64,000 nucleotides of DNA from Thermoplasmata archaeon (GCA_021816865.1 JAKAWX010000002.1:12110-76109); one strand, 5' to 3'. Shown: positions 36,269-45,570, numbered from the stretch's first letter. Notes: generated from the letters alone by a model not told the origin. Translations and numbers: made by a program.

Positions 36269-36405
36269 ACCGGACCGCGTACCCCTGCGGCATCTTGGGT
36301 GTTTCGGGGGACCGAGATCGCGAGACGGACCGACCGCCGCCGGAGGAGCGGGAAAACGCGACGGAAGCGAGTCGGCGCTACCGACCGGGGGGTCGAGGGG
36401 CCCGG

Positions 36406-36540
36406 CTACCGCGCCTTCAGCACCTTCTTGACGTTCGGGTGCTCCTTCGTGAAGATCTTGCCGCCGCAGTTGTCGCAGCGGACTCCGAAGAGGTTCGCGT
36501 CGGAGGGGAGCGCCTCTCCGCAGCGGATACAGCGGAACAT
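36406..36540 (-). CDS. rpoP: DNA-directed RNA polymerase subunit P (Rpo12/RpoP)
   Basis: 44 aa from the ATG at 36540: MFRCIRCGEALPSDANLFGVRCDNCGGKIFTKE (a CxxC...CxxC zinc ribbon). The six-frame ORF is longer, but its N-terminus is junk. Confidence 0.75.
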   Translation of the reverse strand: MFRCIRCGEALPSDANLFGVRCDNCGGKIFTKEHPNVKKVLKAR

Positions 36541-36566
36541 CGACGGTGTCGAGCGACCGTGGGGGC

Positions 36567-36839
36567 TTAAGCGTTGCCCGCGCCGGTGGCCGTCCTCTCG
36601 GTCCGCGTGATCGGAGGCGGTGCCTGGAAGACGTAGGCGTTCGAGGCGAACCGCGTGCCGCAGCGCCGGCACTCGAAGATCCCGCTCGCGACCCGCTGGA
36701 GCGTGGACGTCGAGCATCGGGGGCAGGGGGCGGGCCTCTGGCGCGCCCGGTCGATCTCGAGAACGCGCCGGCGGATCCGGATCCCGTAGCGGGGGCCCAT
36801 CCAGCCGGTCGCGCCGACCTTCTTCGTCCGCCGGCTCAT
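36567..36839 (-). CDS. rpl37ae: 50S ribosomal protein L37Ae (eL43)
   Basis: MSRRTKKVGATGWMGPRYGIRIRR ... CPRC ... CRRCG zinc ribbon. Its ATG overlaps the rrp42 stop (ATGA). Confidence 0.85.
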   Translation of the reverse strand: MSRRTKKVGATGWMGPRYGIRIRRRVLEIDRARQRPAPCPRCSTSTLQRVASGIFECRRCGTRFASNAYVFQAPPPITRTERTATGAGNA

Positions 36840-37624
36840 CGAGCGCCTCCGGTCGCGAGCCCGCGCAGCCGGTCGCCGTGGACGAACGCCCGTCGCACGA
36901 CGCCCTTCACGTCGTCCGGCGAGAACGCGCCGATCAGTCCCTTCTGCATCGCCACCACGCGACCCGTCTCGTCCGTCGCGATCGTGATCCGGCCCTGCGC
37001 CGCCCGCTCCTCGTCGAACGTCGGGTCGACCACGATGGCGTCCCCGAGGCGAACGAACGTGCACTCGATCGGGACGTGCTGGACCTCGAGCGGGTAGTCG
37101 GCCTCGGCGATGCCGAACCGCTTCGCGGGCATGGTCGCGTGCGCGAGCGCCGAGACCGCCGCGAGGAGCGCCGCGTCGATCAGGTTGCCCGAGTGGTCGA
37201 GGACGTGGATGTCGGTGTAGCAGACCCAGCTCTTCTCGCCCGGGGTCACGCAGAGGCGGGTGAGGTCGATCGTCTCGGCCGCGCGGATGGCGCGGTCGAC
37301 AACGCGCGAGACCTCGATCGCCCCCGGCTGGGGAGGACCGGGCTCGAACGTCGGATTCGAGAGCGGGATGAGCTCGGCGTTGGTCGTCAGCACGCCGGCG
37401 TTCGGCGTGTCGGCAAACGGCTTACCGGGCTCGAGCTTGATGCCGGCGAGGACCGCCGTGTCCCCGATCCGTACGAGGGCGGAACCGTCGGCCGTCACGA
37501 CGAAGCCGGGTTCGACCGTGATCTTCCGGTACTCGTCGGGGCCCCGGCCGTCGAGCCGCTTTCCGTCGGCCGCGAGGTCGAGGATGTGGCTCGTCCGGAT
37601 CTCGGCGCTGACCTCTCCGCTCAT
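36836..37624 (-). CDS. rrp42: Exosome complex component Rrp42 (RNase PH-like)
   Basis: RNase PH-fold pattern (DGRGPDEYRKITVEPGFVVTADGSALVRIGDTAVLAGIK) from the ATG at 37624. The six-frame ORF extends upstream into Arg/Gly junk antisense to rrp41. Confidence 0.8.
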   Translation of the reverse strand: MSGEVSAEIRTSHILDLAADGKRLDGRGPDEYRKITVEPGFVVTADGSALVRIGDTAVLAGIKLEPGKPFADTPNAGVLTTNAELIPLSNPTFEPGPPQPGAIEVSRVVDRAIRAAETIDLTRLCVTPGEKSWVCYTDIHVLDHSGNLIDAALLAAVSALAHATMPAKRFGIAEADYPLEVQHVPIECTFVRLGDAIVVDPTFDEERAAQGRITIATDETGRVVAMQKGLIGAFSPDDVKGVVRRAFVHGDRLRGLATGGAR

Positions 37625-38373
37625 GCCGAACCTCCCGCGAGCGGGGCGACCGAGTACCGGTCGCGCAGCGCCTGTTTCATCGTCTCGTGGATCGACCGGC
37701 ACCCCTTCACGCCCAGGTCGAGCGCCTGGGCGAGCTCGGCCTCCGTCATGTGGCCCTCCATCTGCAGGAGCACCAAGCGGCCGGACTGGGGCACCAGCGC
37801 CATCGGCAGGTCGGCCTCTCCGAAGTTGTCCTCTTCCTTCTTCAGGTCGAGGGCGATCGCCCCACCGATCTTGCCGACCGCGACCGAGGGCAGAAGGTCG
37901 ACCATCGGGATCCCGGCGTCCGCGAGCGCGACCGACGCGGCCACGACACCCGCGCAGCGGGTTCCGGCGTTCGCTTGAAGGACCTCGATGTAGACGTCGA
38001 TGCTCGTGCGGGGGAACTCTTCGGCGAAGACGACGGACTCGAACGCCTCGCCGATCACCTTCGAGATCTCCTGCGAGCGTCGGTCGAGCCCGGGACGCTT
38101 GCGCTCGTCGACCGAGAACGCCGCCATGTTGTAGCGGCACTGGATGACCGCCTTGTTGTTCTGCTGGAGGTGGCGGGGGTGGACCTCGCGGGGCCCGTAG
38201 ACCGCCGCCATCACCTTGTTCGCTCCCCACTCGACGAACGCCGAACCGTCGGCCTGGTGGAGCGCACCCGCCTGAATGCGGATCGGTCTCAGCTCGTCCA
38301 GACGCCGCCCGTCGATCCGTCGCCCGTCCGCGGTCAGGAGGACGGGGACCTCTTTCGCACCTACGCTTCCCAT
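37621..38373 (-). CDS. rrp41: Exosome complex exonuclease Rrp41 (RNase PH)
   Basis: LLTADGRRIDGRRLDELRPIRIQAGAL ... GSAFVEWGANKVMAAVYGPRE is the Rrp41 signature. ATGA overlap with the rrp42 start. Confidence 0.85.
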   Translation of the reverse strand: MGSVGAKEVPVLLTADGRRIDGRRLDELRPIRIQAGALHQADGSAFVEWGANKVMAAVYGPREVHPRHLQQNNKAVIQCRYNMAAFSVDERKRPGLDRRSQEISKVIGEAFESVVFAEEFPRTSIDVYIEVLQANAGTRCAGVVAASVALADAGIPMVDLLPSVAVGKIGGAIALDLKKEEDNFGEADLPMALVPQSGRLVLLQMEGHMTEAELAQALDLGVKGCRSIHETMKQALRDRYSVAPLAGGSA

Positions 38374-38392
38374 GGTTCCTTCTCCGAATGTA

Positions 38393-39268
38393 TCAGTGAT
38401 CGCCCGGTTCGCCGGGCCCGGCCGCGTCGTCGGCCTCGTCCGCGAGGTCGCCCTCCTCGTCGTCGTCGGTGGATGCCGGCCGCGCGCCCGGGGCATCCCG
38501 GTGCGCCGTTTCGGCCGGTAGCGGCTCGGGTCCCTGCTCGCCCGTCGGCATCGTCGTCAGGAGGTAGCTTTCGATCCGCTCGGTGAGCCCCGGCCGCTGG
38601 CCGTTCTCCTCGATGGTGCGCAGGACCTCCGACACGCGGTGGATCGCCTCGGGGCTTCCGCCGATCCAGACGCGGCCGTTCTGTCCGACCGCGACCTGGG
38701 CGCCGGTGAGACGCGTGATCGTCTGGATCATCGACCCGCTGCGCCCGACCACCCGAGGCACTCGGGCGGGCGAGATGTGGATGATCGAGCCGCCGTCGAG
38801 CTTTCCCAGCCCCTCACCGACCATCGTCACTCCGATCCGGCCGGTCGCGTCGAGGTTTTCGACCTGGACGACGACGCTGTCCCCGACCCGGAGGAACCGG
38901 CCGGTCTCACCGACGTCGACCTTCCAGGGCGTCCCGGTCATGTGCAGGGGCGCCCAGCGGGGCGCGCCGATGTCGAGCAACCAGAACGTCGTCTGGACGT
39001 CCGTGACGGTTCCGATCACCACGTCGTTCGGGCGGGGGATGTACCGACCCGAGAGCGGGATCACCTGAACGAACGGCGGGCGGGCCGAGAGAAGGCCGAG
39101 GATGCTCGCGTAAACCTTCCCGCCGGTGCGGTAGGTCCCGTGGCCCGGTCGGAGGTCCCGGACCGGGAGCTCCTCGCCGGGAAGAACTAGTATGCGCTCG
39201 CCCGCGGATGGCGGGGCGGATGCCTCGCGACCGCGCCGCCGGCGGCCGGGCCGATTCCCTCTGGACAT
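38393..39268 (-). CDS. rrp4: Exosome RNA-binding subunit Rrp4 (S1 + KH domains), with an acidic C-terminal tail
   Basis: N-terminal domain ILVLPGEEL, S1 region (GRYIPRPNDVVIGTVTDV), KH region (GGSIIHISPARVPRVVGRSGSMIQ). The tail is DDDEEGDLADEADD. Confidence 0.8.
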   Translation of the reverse strand: MSRGNRPGRRRRGREASAPPSAGERILVLPGEELPVRDLRPGHGTYRTGGKVYASILGLLSARPPFVQVIPLSGRYIPRPNDVVIGTVTDVQTTFWLLDIGAPRWAPLHMTGTPWKVDVGETGRFLRVGDSVVVQVENLDATGRIGVTMVGEGLGKLDGGSIIHISPARVPRVVGRSGSMIQTITRLTGAQVAVGQNGRVWIGGSPEAIHRVSEVLRTIEENGQRPGLTERIESYLLTTMPTGEQGPEPLPAETAHRDAPGARPASTDDDEEGDLADEADDAAGPGEPGDH

Positions 39269-39304
39269 GTTCTGTGCTGCACCGGGGCGCGCGACGGAGG
39301 TGGC

Positions 39305-40000
39305 CTATTTAACTAACGCGGTCTCGGCCGTGCCCTTCGTGCGGGCGCCGAGCTTCTCGTAGAGCTCGGTCTGGACTCCGGCGGGGATCTCGACGAGGGC
39401 GCTCCAGCTGCCGTCCGAAAGCCATCGCTCCTCGGATATCCGGCCGAGTCCCTTGACTTCGCCGATCGCCCGCGGATAGTACTGGCCGGGGACCCGGACC
39501 CGGACCTTGACGACCTCGAAGCGGATCGGGATCAGCGGACGGAGCTTGGTGAGGACCTCCTGGACCTGCGCGTCGACGGGACGAAACGGGTCGACGTGGA
39601 CCTTCGCCTCGGCCATCGCCGACTCGATACGTGCGGGAGGGTGCGGCGCGCCCGTCTGCGGGTTCATCGCGTTACGGGCGATCAGGGTGACGATCTGTCG
39701 GTGCTTCGCGGCCTGGAGCTGGTGGCGCTGTTCGGTCGTGACCTGGACCTCGCCTTTGAGCACGATCTGACGGGCGATCTCGGCGAGGTTACGGGTGTGG
39801 AACGTCTTCTCGAGGTACTCCTCGGAGATCTTGTCGCCCTTTTTCGCGTCCTTGAATACCTGCTCGAGCGCGAGCTTGTCCGAGAGGTCGACGTCCTTGC
39901 CGTCCTTCAGGTCCTGGACGGCTTGGGGGTCGACCAAGACCTCGAACCGGGACCCGTGGGTCTCCCAGCGGGCGATGACCGCGTCGTCGACGTTGACCAT
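39305..40000 (-). CDS. sdo1: Ribosome maturation protein SBDS/Sdo1
   Basis: 231 aa with the SBDS pattern (ARWETHGSRFEVLVDPQAV ... TTEQRHQLQAAKHRQIVTLIARNAMNPQTGAPHPP). Confidence 0.85.
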   Translation of the reverse strand: MVNVDDAVIARWETHGSRFEVLVDPQAVQDLKDGKDVDLSDKLALEQVFKDAKKGDKISEEYLEKTFHTRNLAEIARQIVLKGEVQVTTEQRHQLQAAKHRQIVTLIARNAMNPQTGAPHPPARIESAMAEAKVHVDPFRPVDAQVQEVLTKLRPLIPIRFEVVKVRVRVPGQYYPRAIGEVKGLGRISEERWLSDGSWSALVEIPAGVQTELYEKLGARTKGTAETALVK

Positions 40001-40022
40001 CGGGGCCCCTAGCGGGGAGGCA

Positions 40023-40778
40023 CTACGCGCGGTTGCTCTTACCCGTTCCGCCCGGGGCGGGAAGACGGGCGACGTACTTCTGGACCTCGTCGGACGGCAG
40101 CCGGGTCATCCCGACCCCCCGTTCGACGGCGCAGACCTCGACCTGGGCCAGGTTCCCGCCCTCCTCGAGGCCCGCGCGCAGCCCCTCGAGGGCGAGCAGG
40201 ATCGCCGCGTCCCGGTCGAGGCCGGGCCGGTACTTCTGCTCGAAGAGGTCCATCACGGGACCCTTGTTGCCGCCCGTGCTCGCCGCCTTGAAGCTGGTGA
40301 GCGAGCCCGACGGTTCGGTCTCGAAAAGGTGGACACCGGTGTCGTCGTATCCGCCGACCAGGAGCGCCGTACCGAACGGGCGGACCCCGCCGTACTGGGT
40401 GTACTGTTGCTTGTAATCGCAGATGCGGCGGACGAGGAGCTCGACCGACATCGGCTCGGCATACGTGACGCGGTTGATCTGCGCCGAGAGCCGGGCGTAG
40501 TCGACCAGGACGCGGGCGTCGGCGACCAACCCTGCGGTCGCGCACGCGATGTTCTCGTCGATCTGATGGACCTTTTCGAGGCTCGCCGGTTCGGCCAGCT
40601 TCGGGTTGGGGATTCGCCGGTCGGCGATCAGGACCACGCCGTCGGTAAAGACCACTCCGGCGGTCGTCGCGCCGCGCCGTACCGCCTCGCGGGCGTATTC
40701 GACCTGGAAGAGTCGACCGTCGGGCGAGAAGACCGTGATCGCCCGGTCGTAGGCCATCTGGCCGGGTTGCATCTCCAT
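40023..40778 (-). CDS. psmA: Proteasome subunit alpha
   Basis: MEMQPGQMAYDRAITVFSPDGRLFQVEYAREAV is the canonical alpha-subunit N-terminus. Start ATG at 40778 (or 40772). The six-frame ORF begins further upstream, at an ATG that lies inside the TATA box. Confidence 0.9.
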   Translation of the reverse strand: MEMQPGQMAYDRAITVFSPDGRLFQVEYAREAVRRGATTAGVVFTDGVVLIADRRIPNPKLAEPASLEKVHQIDENIACATAGLVADARVLVDYARLSAQINRVTYAEPMSVELLVRRICDYKQQYTQYGGVRPFGTALLVGGYDDTGVHLFETEPSGSLTSFKAASTGGNKGPVMDLFEQKYRPGLDRDAAILLALEGLRAGLEEGGNLAQVEVCAVERGVGMTRLPSDEVQKYVARLPAPGGTGKSNRA

Positions 40779-40809
40779 CGGGGGCGCCTCGGCTCGGGCA
40801 CTGAGGTCC

Positions 40810-40820
40810 CCCATATAACG
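40810..40820 (-). promoter_or_regulatory. TATA box (minus-strand TTATATGG) upstream of psmA and the exosome superoperon
   Basis: AT-rich element about 30 nt upstream of the ATG at 40778. It contains an in-frame ATG (40814) that is therefore unlikely to be the real start. Confidence 0.5.
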
Positions 40821-40930
40821 AGCGCGCGCGCAGTAACTCGTCCGACAGCCGGTTACGGTACCTCTCGGCTCGCCGACGGCCTTGGCCGTCGCGGAGAAGG
40901 GTAAAGGCGCCCTGCCGCCGTTCCCCCCGG

Positions 40931-43042
40931 GTGTCGACCCACGGAACCTCCTCACGACCGGGGGCGTCCCGCCTCGCGGGGGCCTCCTCCGCATACCTGC
41001 GGGCCGCCGTCGGGCAGCCGATCGATTGGCATCCGTGGGGCGCCGAACCGTTCTCGCTCGCGAGGGAGAACGGCCGTCCGGTCCTCCTCGACATCGGGGC
41101 GTCGTGGTGCCACTGGTGCCACGTGATGGACGAGGGGACGTACGCCGACCCCGAGGTGGCGACGCTGCTGGACCGGCATTTCGTCGCCGTCAAGGTCGAC
41201 CGCGACGAGCATCCCGAGGTCGACCGTCGCTACCAGCGGCAGGTCGGCGCCCTCACGGGCGAGGGCGGCTGGCCCCTCACCGCATTCCTCACCCCGGACG
41301 GAGAGGTCTTCCTCGGCGGCACGTACTTCCCTCCCGAGGACGGGCACGGGCGGCCCGGGTTCCGCCGGGTCCTCCGGGAGGTCGCGCGCGTCTTCCGCGA
41401 CGAGCCCGCACGCGTCCTCGAGAACGCTCGGGCGGTCCAGGACGCGATCGTCCGGATGCGAGACGCCGCGAGGGGCGAACCCCGGGCACGGGGCATGTTT
41501 GTTGCCAACGTCCGGGCGTCGCTTCTCTCCTCCTACGACCCCGTGAACGGCGGGTTCGGCACGGCCCCGAAGTTCCCGCACCCCACGGCCGTCTCCTTCC
41601 TGCTCGTCGACAGCTTCGTCCGGGACGCCGCCGCGAGCGCCGACCGGGCGCGGGACACACTCGCCCGGATGGCCGACGGAGGTCTCTACGACCAGGTCGG
41701 GGGCGGGTTCCACCGCTACTCGGTCGACGAGGGGTGGCACGTCCCGCACTTCGAGAAGATGGGGATCGACAATGCGGCGCTCCTTCTCGCGTACGTCGAG
41801 GGGGCCCAACGGTTCCACGAGCCCCGGTTCGAAGAAGTCGTGCGGGGGACGGCGGGGTGGGTCCGCGAGGTGCTCGCCGACCCGCTCGGAGGGTTCGGGG
41901 CCAGCCAGGATGCCGACAACGCCCCGGGCGACGATGGGGGGTACTTCACCTGGACCCGGGCCGAAATCCGGGCGGCGCTCGGACCCGAGGACGCGAAGCT
42001 CGCCGTCCGCTACTTCGGGTTGGGGACCGAAGGTCGGATGCCCCACGATCCGGACCGCAACGTCCTCTTCCGCTCGCTGCCGCCGTCCGACGCGGCCGAG
42101 GGCCTCACGCTCGACGGAGGGCCGACCGCGGCGCTGGCCCGGGCACTTGACGGCCTCCGGGCCGCCCGCGCCCGTCGGCCCACGCCGACCATCGACCGTG
42201 CCGTGTACGCGGACATCAACGGACACTTCGTCCGCGCGTTCGCGCGGGCGGGCGCCTTCCTCGGCGACGCATCGGTCGTGGCCGATGCCCGCCGGGCCGC
42301 CGACCGATTGCTCGAAGGCGCCTACCGGCCCGGTGTGGGGATGGCGCACCGGCTCGGCGTTGACGGGCCGAGCGGTTTCGGGCTCCTCGAGGACCAGGTG
42401 GCGTTCGCCGCCGGGCTCACGGAGCTCGCGGGAACTCTCGGGGACCCCCGGTACGTCGCTCCCGCCTCGGAACTCCTCTCGCTCGTCGACCGCGAGTACC
42501 GAGGGGAAGACGGTCTCCTGCGCGATGTGGCTCCGAAGTTCTACGACGGTCCCCCCGTCGGGGGGGTCGATCGGGCGTCGTACCCGCTCGAGGACAGTCC
42601 CCACCTCTCCGCGAACGCCGCCGCCGCCCTCGGGTTCCTTCGGCTCGGGTCGCTCCTCCACGACGACTCCTGGCGCGCGAAGGCGGCCGCGCTGCTGGGG
42701 CCGATCTCCGCCCGCGTCGGGGATGCAGGCCTCTTCGCGGCCGGGTCCGCGCTCGCGGCGGACCTCCTCGACATCGAACCCGTGACCGTCGTCGTCGAAG
42801 GGAACGGCCCCGCCGCCCGGGACCTCGCGCGGGCCGCACGGACGACCTGGCACCCGAACCTCTGGGTCTTTGAGGGCCGGCCGGCCCCTCCGATCTCGCT
42901 TCCCGGCGAGATCACCGAGCTGCCGGAGCGCACGGAGCCCCGCGCGCTCGTTTGCTTCGGCACCTCCTGCGCGCCGCCGGTCAGCGACCCCGGTGGGCTC
43001 GCGTTGCTCCTGGCGGCGCGGACGCCGACGTCTTCGGGATAG
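40931..43042 (+). CDS. Thioredoxin-domain-containing protein (DUF255/YyaL-like, with a C-terminal six-hairpin alpha/alpha domain)
   Basis: N-terminal pattern YLRAAVGQPIDWHPWGAEPF ... LLDIGASWCHWCHVMDEGTYADPEVA with a CxxC active site. 703 aa. Confidence 0.7.
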   Translation: MSTHGTSSRPGASRLAGASSAYLRAAVGQPIDWHPWGAEPFSLARENGRPVLLDIGASWCHWCHVMDEGTYADPEVATLLDRHFVAVKVDRDEHPEVDRRYQRQVGALTGEGGWPLTAFLTPDGEVFLGGTYFPPEDGHGRPGFRRVLREVARVFRDEPARVLENARAVQDAIVRMRDAARGEPRARGMFVANVRASLLSSYDPVNGGFGTAPKFPHPTAVSFLLVDSFVRDAAASADRARDTLARMADGGLYDQVGGGFHRYSVDEGWHVPHFEKMGIDNAALLLAYVEGAQRFHEPRFEEVVRGTAGWVREVLADPLGGFGASQDADNAPGDDGGYFTWTRAEIRAALGPEDAKLAVRYFGLGTEGRMPHDPDRNVLFRSLPPSDAAEGLTLDGGPTAALARALDGLRAARARRPTPTIDRAVYADINGHFVRAFARAGAFLGDASVVADARRAADRLLEGAYRPGVGMAHRLGVDGPSGFGLLEDQVAFAAGLTELAGTLGDPRYVAPASELLSLVDREYRGEDGLLRDVAPKFYDGPPVGGVDRASYPLEDSPHLSANAAAALGFLRLGSLLHDDSWRAKAAALLGPISARVGDAGLFAAGSALAADLLDIEPVTVVVEGNGPAARDLARAARTTWHPNLWVFEGRPAPPISLPGEITELPERTEPRALVCFGTSCAPPVSDPGGLALLLAARTPTSSG

Positions 43043-43838
43043 GCAACGGACCCAGGTCCGTCCCATCGAGCAGATAGGCCCGCGCGACCCCGCGGGAGAG
43101 GAAACGTCCGTAGAGGAACGAGCGACCGCGCGCCGGCCGATCGCGGTTGAGCGACTCGGTGCCGGCGACCGGGTTGAACGCGGGGACGACCACGATTTCC
43201 CGGGCACTCACGTCCGCGTGCCGGCGGCGCCGGACGGGCCGGGCGGGTTCCGGCTCTCGCTCGACGCGGACCCAGCATCGCCGCTTCCCGTCCGGGTCCG
43301 CCGCGGTGGGGGCGAGCCGGAACCCCGGGTGAAGGTGGCCGGCGACCAGTCGGCTCGCGCGCAGCACGGAGTTCGACGGCCAGGCATGGCCGTGGAAGAT
43401 CCCGACCCCGTCGCGCACGGTGCCGCCGACAGGAAAGACATCCACCTCGCGGGGCAGGTGGGGGACGATCCCGACGTCGTGGTTGCCGAGGACGAGACCT
43501 ACCCGTACGTCGTCCGAGAGGATCCGGGCGAAGAACCCGAAGACGACCGGCCGAAGGGTCGGCGGCGTGCCGACGATCGGGTGCTTGGCATCGCCCGCGA
43601 TGAGCACTTCCTCGGTCCCCGTGCTCTTCACGAGCGCGATCAGCTGGTCGGCCAAGCGGTCCGCGGACCCCTCGGGCGGTCCCCCCGGGCGCTCGAGGGT
43701 TCCCCCGAGGCCGAGATGGACGTCCGCGATCACGAGGGTCCGCGGAGCGTCGCGACGGTCGGGCTCGAGCAGGAGGGCGGGCGCGTCCGGTACCGGGACG
43801 AGGCGGGTCGGCACGGACCGGGGTACGGGGCGGCCCAC
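42981..43838 (-). CDS. Calcineurin-like metallophosphoesterase
   Basis: Metal-binding motifs: IADVHLG, GDAKHP, GNHD, GHLH. GTG start. The C-terminal tail overlaps the preceding gene's 3' end by ~62 nt. Confidence 0.6.
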   Translation of the reverse strand: MGRPVPRSVPTRLVPVPDAPALLLEPDRRDAPRTLVIADVHLGLGGTLERPGGPPEGSADRLADQLIALVKSTGTEEVLIAGDAKHPIVGTPPTLRPVVFGFFARILSDDVRVGLVLGNHDVGIVPHLPREVDVFPVGGTVRDGVGIFHGHAWPSNSVLRASRLVAGHLHPGFRLAPTAADPDGKRRCWVRVEREPEPARPVRRRRHADVSAREIVVVPAFNPVAGTESLNRDRPARGRSFLYGRFLSRGVARAYLLDGTDLGPLPIPKTSASAPPGATRAHRGR

Positions 43839-43897
43839 GAAGACCCTTCGTGCCCCGCACGGCCCTCCCGTACGTCTCGACAGGTCCGGCCGTGGCT

Positions 43898-43907
43898 CTT
43901 TATATAC
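43898..43907 (+). promoter_or_regulatory. TATA box TTTATATAC upstream of the HTH regulator gene
   Basis: The only AT-rich stretch in the 100-nt divergent intergenic region, 33-40 nt upstream of the ATG at 43939. Confidence 0.4.
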
Positions 43908-43938
43908 AAGCGGAAACTGAAATCTTACGGGGACCGGG

Positions 43939-44916
43939 ATGCCACGAGACCGCGAACGGGCGATCGGCCGAATCCGCGCGTTCCTCGAGCGAGCCGGTTT
44001 CTACGTGGCGGACACGCACGGGATACGTCCGTCGAGCTTCGACCTCGCCGCGCGCCGCGACGCGACGCTCCTCCTCGTTAAGGTCCTGAAGAACATCGAC
44101 GCGCTCGACGCCGGCGAAGCGGGCCGGCTGCGCGAACTGGGGCGCCTCTTTCCCGCGATCGTTCTCGTGATCGGGCAGACGTCGGGTGCCTCCGACCTCG
44201 ATCCGGGCGTCGTCTACACCCGGTACGACGTACCGATCATCAACGAGGAGACCCTGGCCGGATTCCTCGAGAAGGCCGCGCTGCCGTTCCTCTACGCGAG
44301 CCCGGGCGGGATCTTCGCCCGGATCGACGGCGAGCGCCTCCACGACCTGCGCGTGCGCCGGGGGTTGTCGCTCGGAACGCTTGCGTCGATCGCCGGGGTC
44401 TCGCGGCGGGCGATCCAGCTCTACGAGGACGGCGCCGGCGCCGAGGTGACGGTCATCGACCGTATCGAAGCGTATCTCGGCGTTCCGGTCATCGAGCCGA
44501 TCGACCTCTTCGAGGCGATGCGGACGGGGCACCGGCGCCCGGCGGCCGGCGAGGGCGACCGCGGATCCGAGCGCGCCATCCCGCGGTCGGGGGACCCCTG
44601 GAGGGACGGCGTTCTCCAGCAGCTCGACGGGATCGGGCTCGAGATGACCTTGACCGCGCGCGCGCCGTTCGATGCCCTCGCGCGGACCCCCGACATCCTG
44701 CTCGCGGCGATCGGGAGCCTGCGAACCGCGCTCCACCGGGCGGAGCTGCTTCACGGGCTCGCCCGCGTCGCGGAGGGCCACGCGATGTTCGTCGTGCGCG
44801 AGAACGTTCACCGTCCGTCGATCGACGGCCTGCCGATCCTCACGATCGCCGAGCTACGGCGTCACCGGGACGCGGACGACCTGATCGACGCCATCTCCGA
44901 GCGGGAAGGCGCGTGA
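43939..44916 (+). CDS. XRE-type HTH transcriptional regulator with an N-terminal domain of unknown function (325 aa)
   Basis: Central HTH: LRVRRGLSLGTLASIAGVSRRAIQLYEDG. The ~120-aa N-terminal domain (FLERAGFYVADTHGIRPSSFDLAARRDATLLLVKVLKNID) is uncharacterised. TTTATATA box 33-40 nt upstream. Confidence 0.55.
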   Translation: MPRDRERAIGRIRAFLERAGFYVADTHGIRPSSFDLAARRDATLLLVKVLKNIDALDAGEAGRLRELGRLFPAIVLVIGQTSGASDLDPGVVYTRYDVPIINEETLAGFLEKAALPFLYASPGGIFARIDGERLHDLRVRRGLSLGTLASIAGVSRRAIQLYEDGAGAEVTVIDRIEAYLGVPVIEPIDLFEAMRTGHRRPAAGEGDRGSERAIPRSGDPWRDGVLQQLDGIGLEMTLTARAPFDALARTPDILLAAIGSLRTALHRAELLHGLARVAEGHAMFVVRENVHRPSIDGLPILTIAELRRHRDADDLIDAISEREGA

Positions 44917-45566
44917 TCTCCGCGCGCGTAGGCCCCGGGGGCTCGACGCTCCTGGTCGCGCCGGTGCGGGGGCTCACGTCCGAGGCGACCCTCCTCGCGG
45001 AGGCGCTCGATGCGTTTGGCCCCGATAGGGTCGGACTCGGGGTTTCGGCGGAGGAGTTCGAGGGGCTCAACACCTACTTCGTCCGGTCCGGCGCGGAGCC
45101 GATCGTTCCACTCTCGCCGGCCGAAACGAGCGAGGTTCGGGGGCTCGTGCGGTTCGGCGAGGTGAGCGTGCCCAACCCCTCGTTCGTCCGGGCGATCGGT
45201 TGGGCCCGGGACCGGGGGCTCCGGGCCGAGCCCCTCGACCCGAGCGACGAGCGCTCGGCGTCCCTCTTCGCCGAGCACATCGGCTACCTCGAGCTCGTTC
45301 GTCGCACCGTGCGCGAGCGCGGCGTGGGGCGGCGTCCGCCCGAACCGTCGACGCCGGACGAATTCGCCCTCGCGTGGGACCGCGAGGTCTCGGGGGGCCG
45401 TGGATCCCGGGAGTTCGCCCGAGCTCGCGACCGACACCTCGTCCGGGAGGCGCGTCGGCTGGGGTCGGACGGCGGCCGGTTGGCGCTCGTCGTCGACCGC
45501 GAACGGTTCGACGAGGTCCGGGAGCTCTTCGACCGCGGGCCGCCGTCGACGATCGAGAGCGACTGA
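44913..45566 (+). CDS. Hypothetical protein, possible short TraB-family paralog (217 aa)
   Basis: Four-nt overlap with the upstream HTH gene. LLVAPVRGLTSEATLLAEALDAFGPDRVGLGV echoes the TraB N-terminal pattern of the gene at 10330. Weak. Confidence 0.4.
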   Translation: MISARVGPGGSTLLVAPVRGLTSEATLLAEALDAFGPDRVGLGVSAEEFEGLNTYFVRSGAEPIVPLSPAETSEVRGLVRFGEVSVPNPSFVRAIGWARDRGLRAEPLDPSDERSASLFAEHIGYLELVRRTVRERGVGRRPPEPSTPDEFALAWDREVSGGRGSREFARARDRHLVREARRLGSDGGRLALVVDRERFDEVRELFDRGPPSTIESD

Positions 45567-45570
45567 GCCC

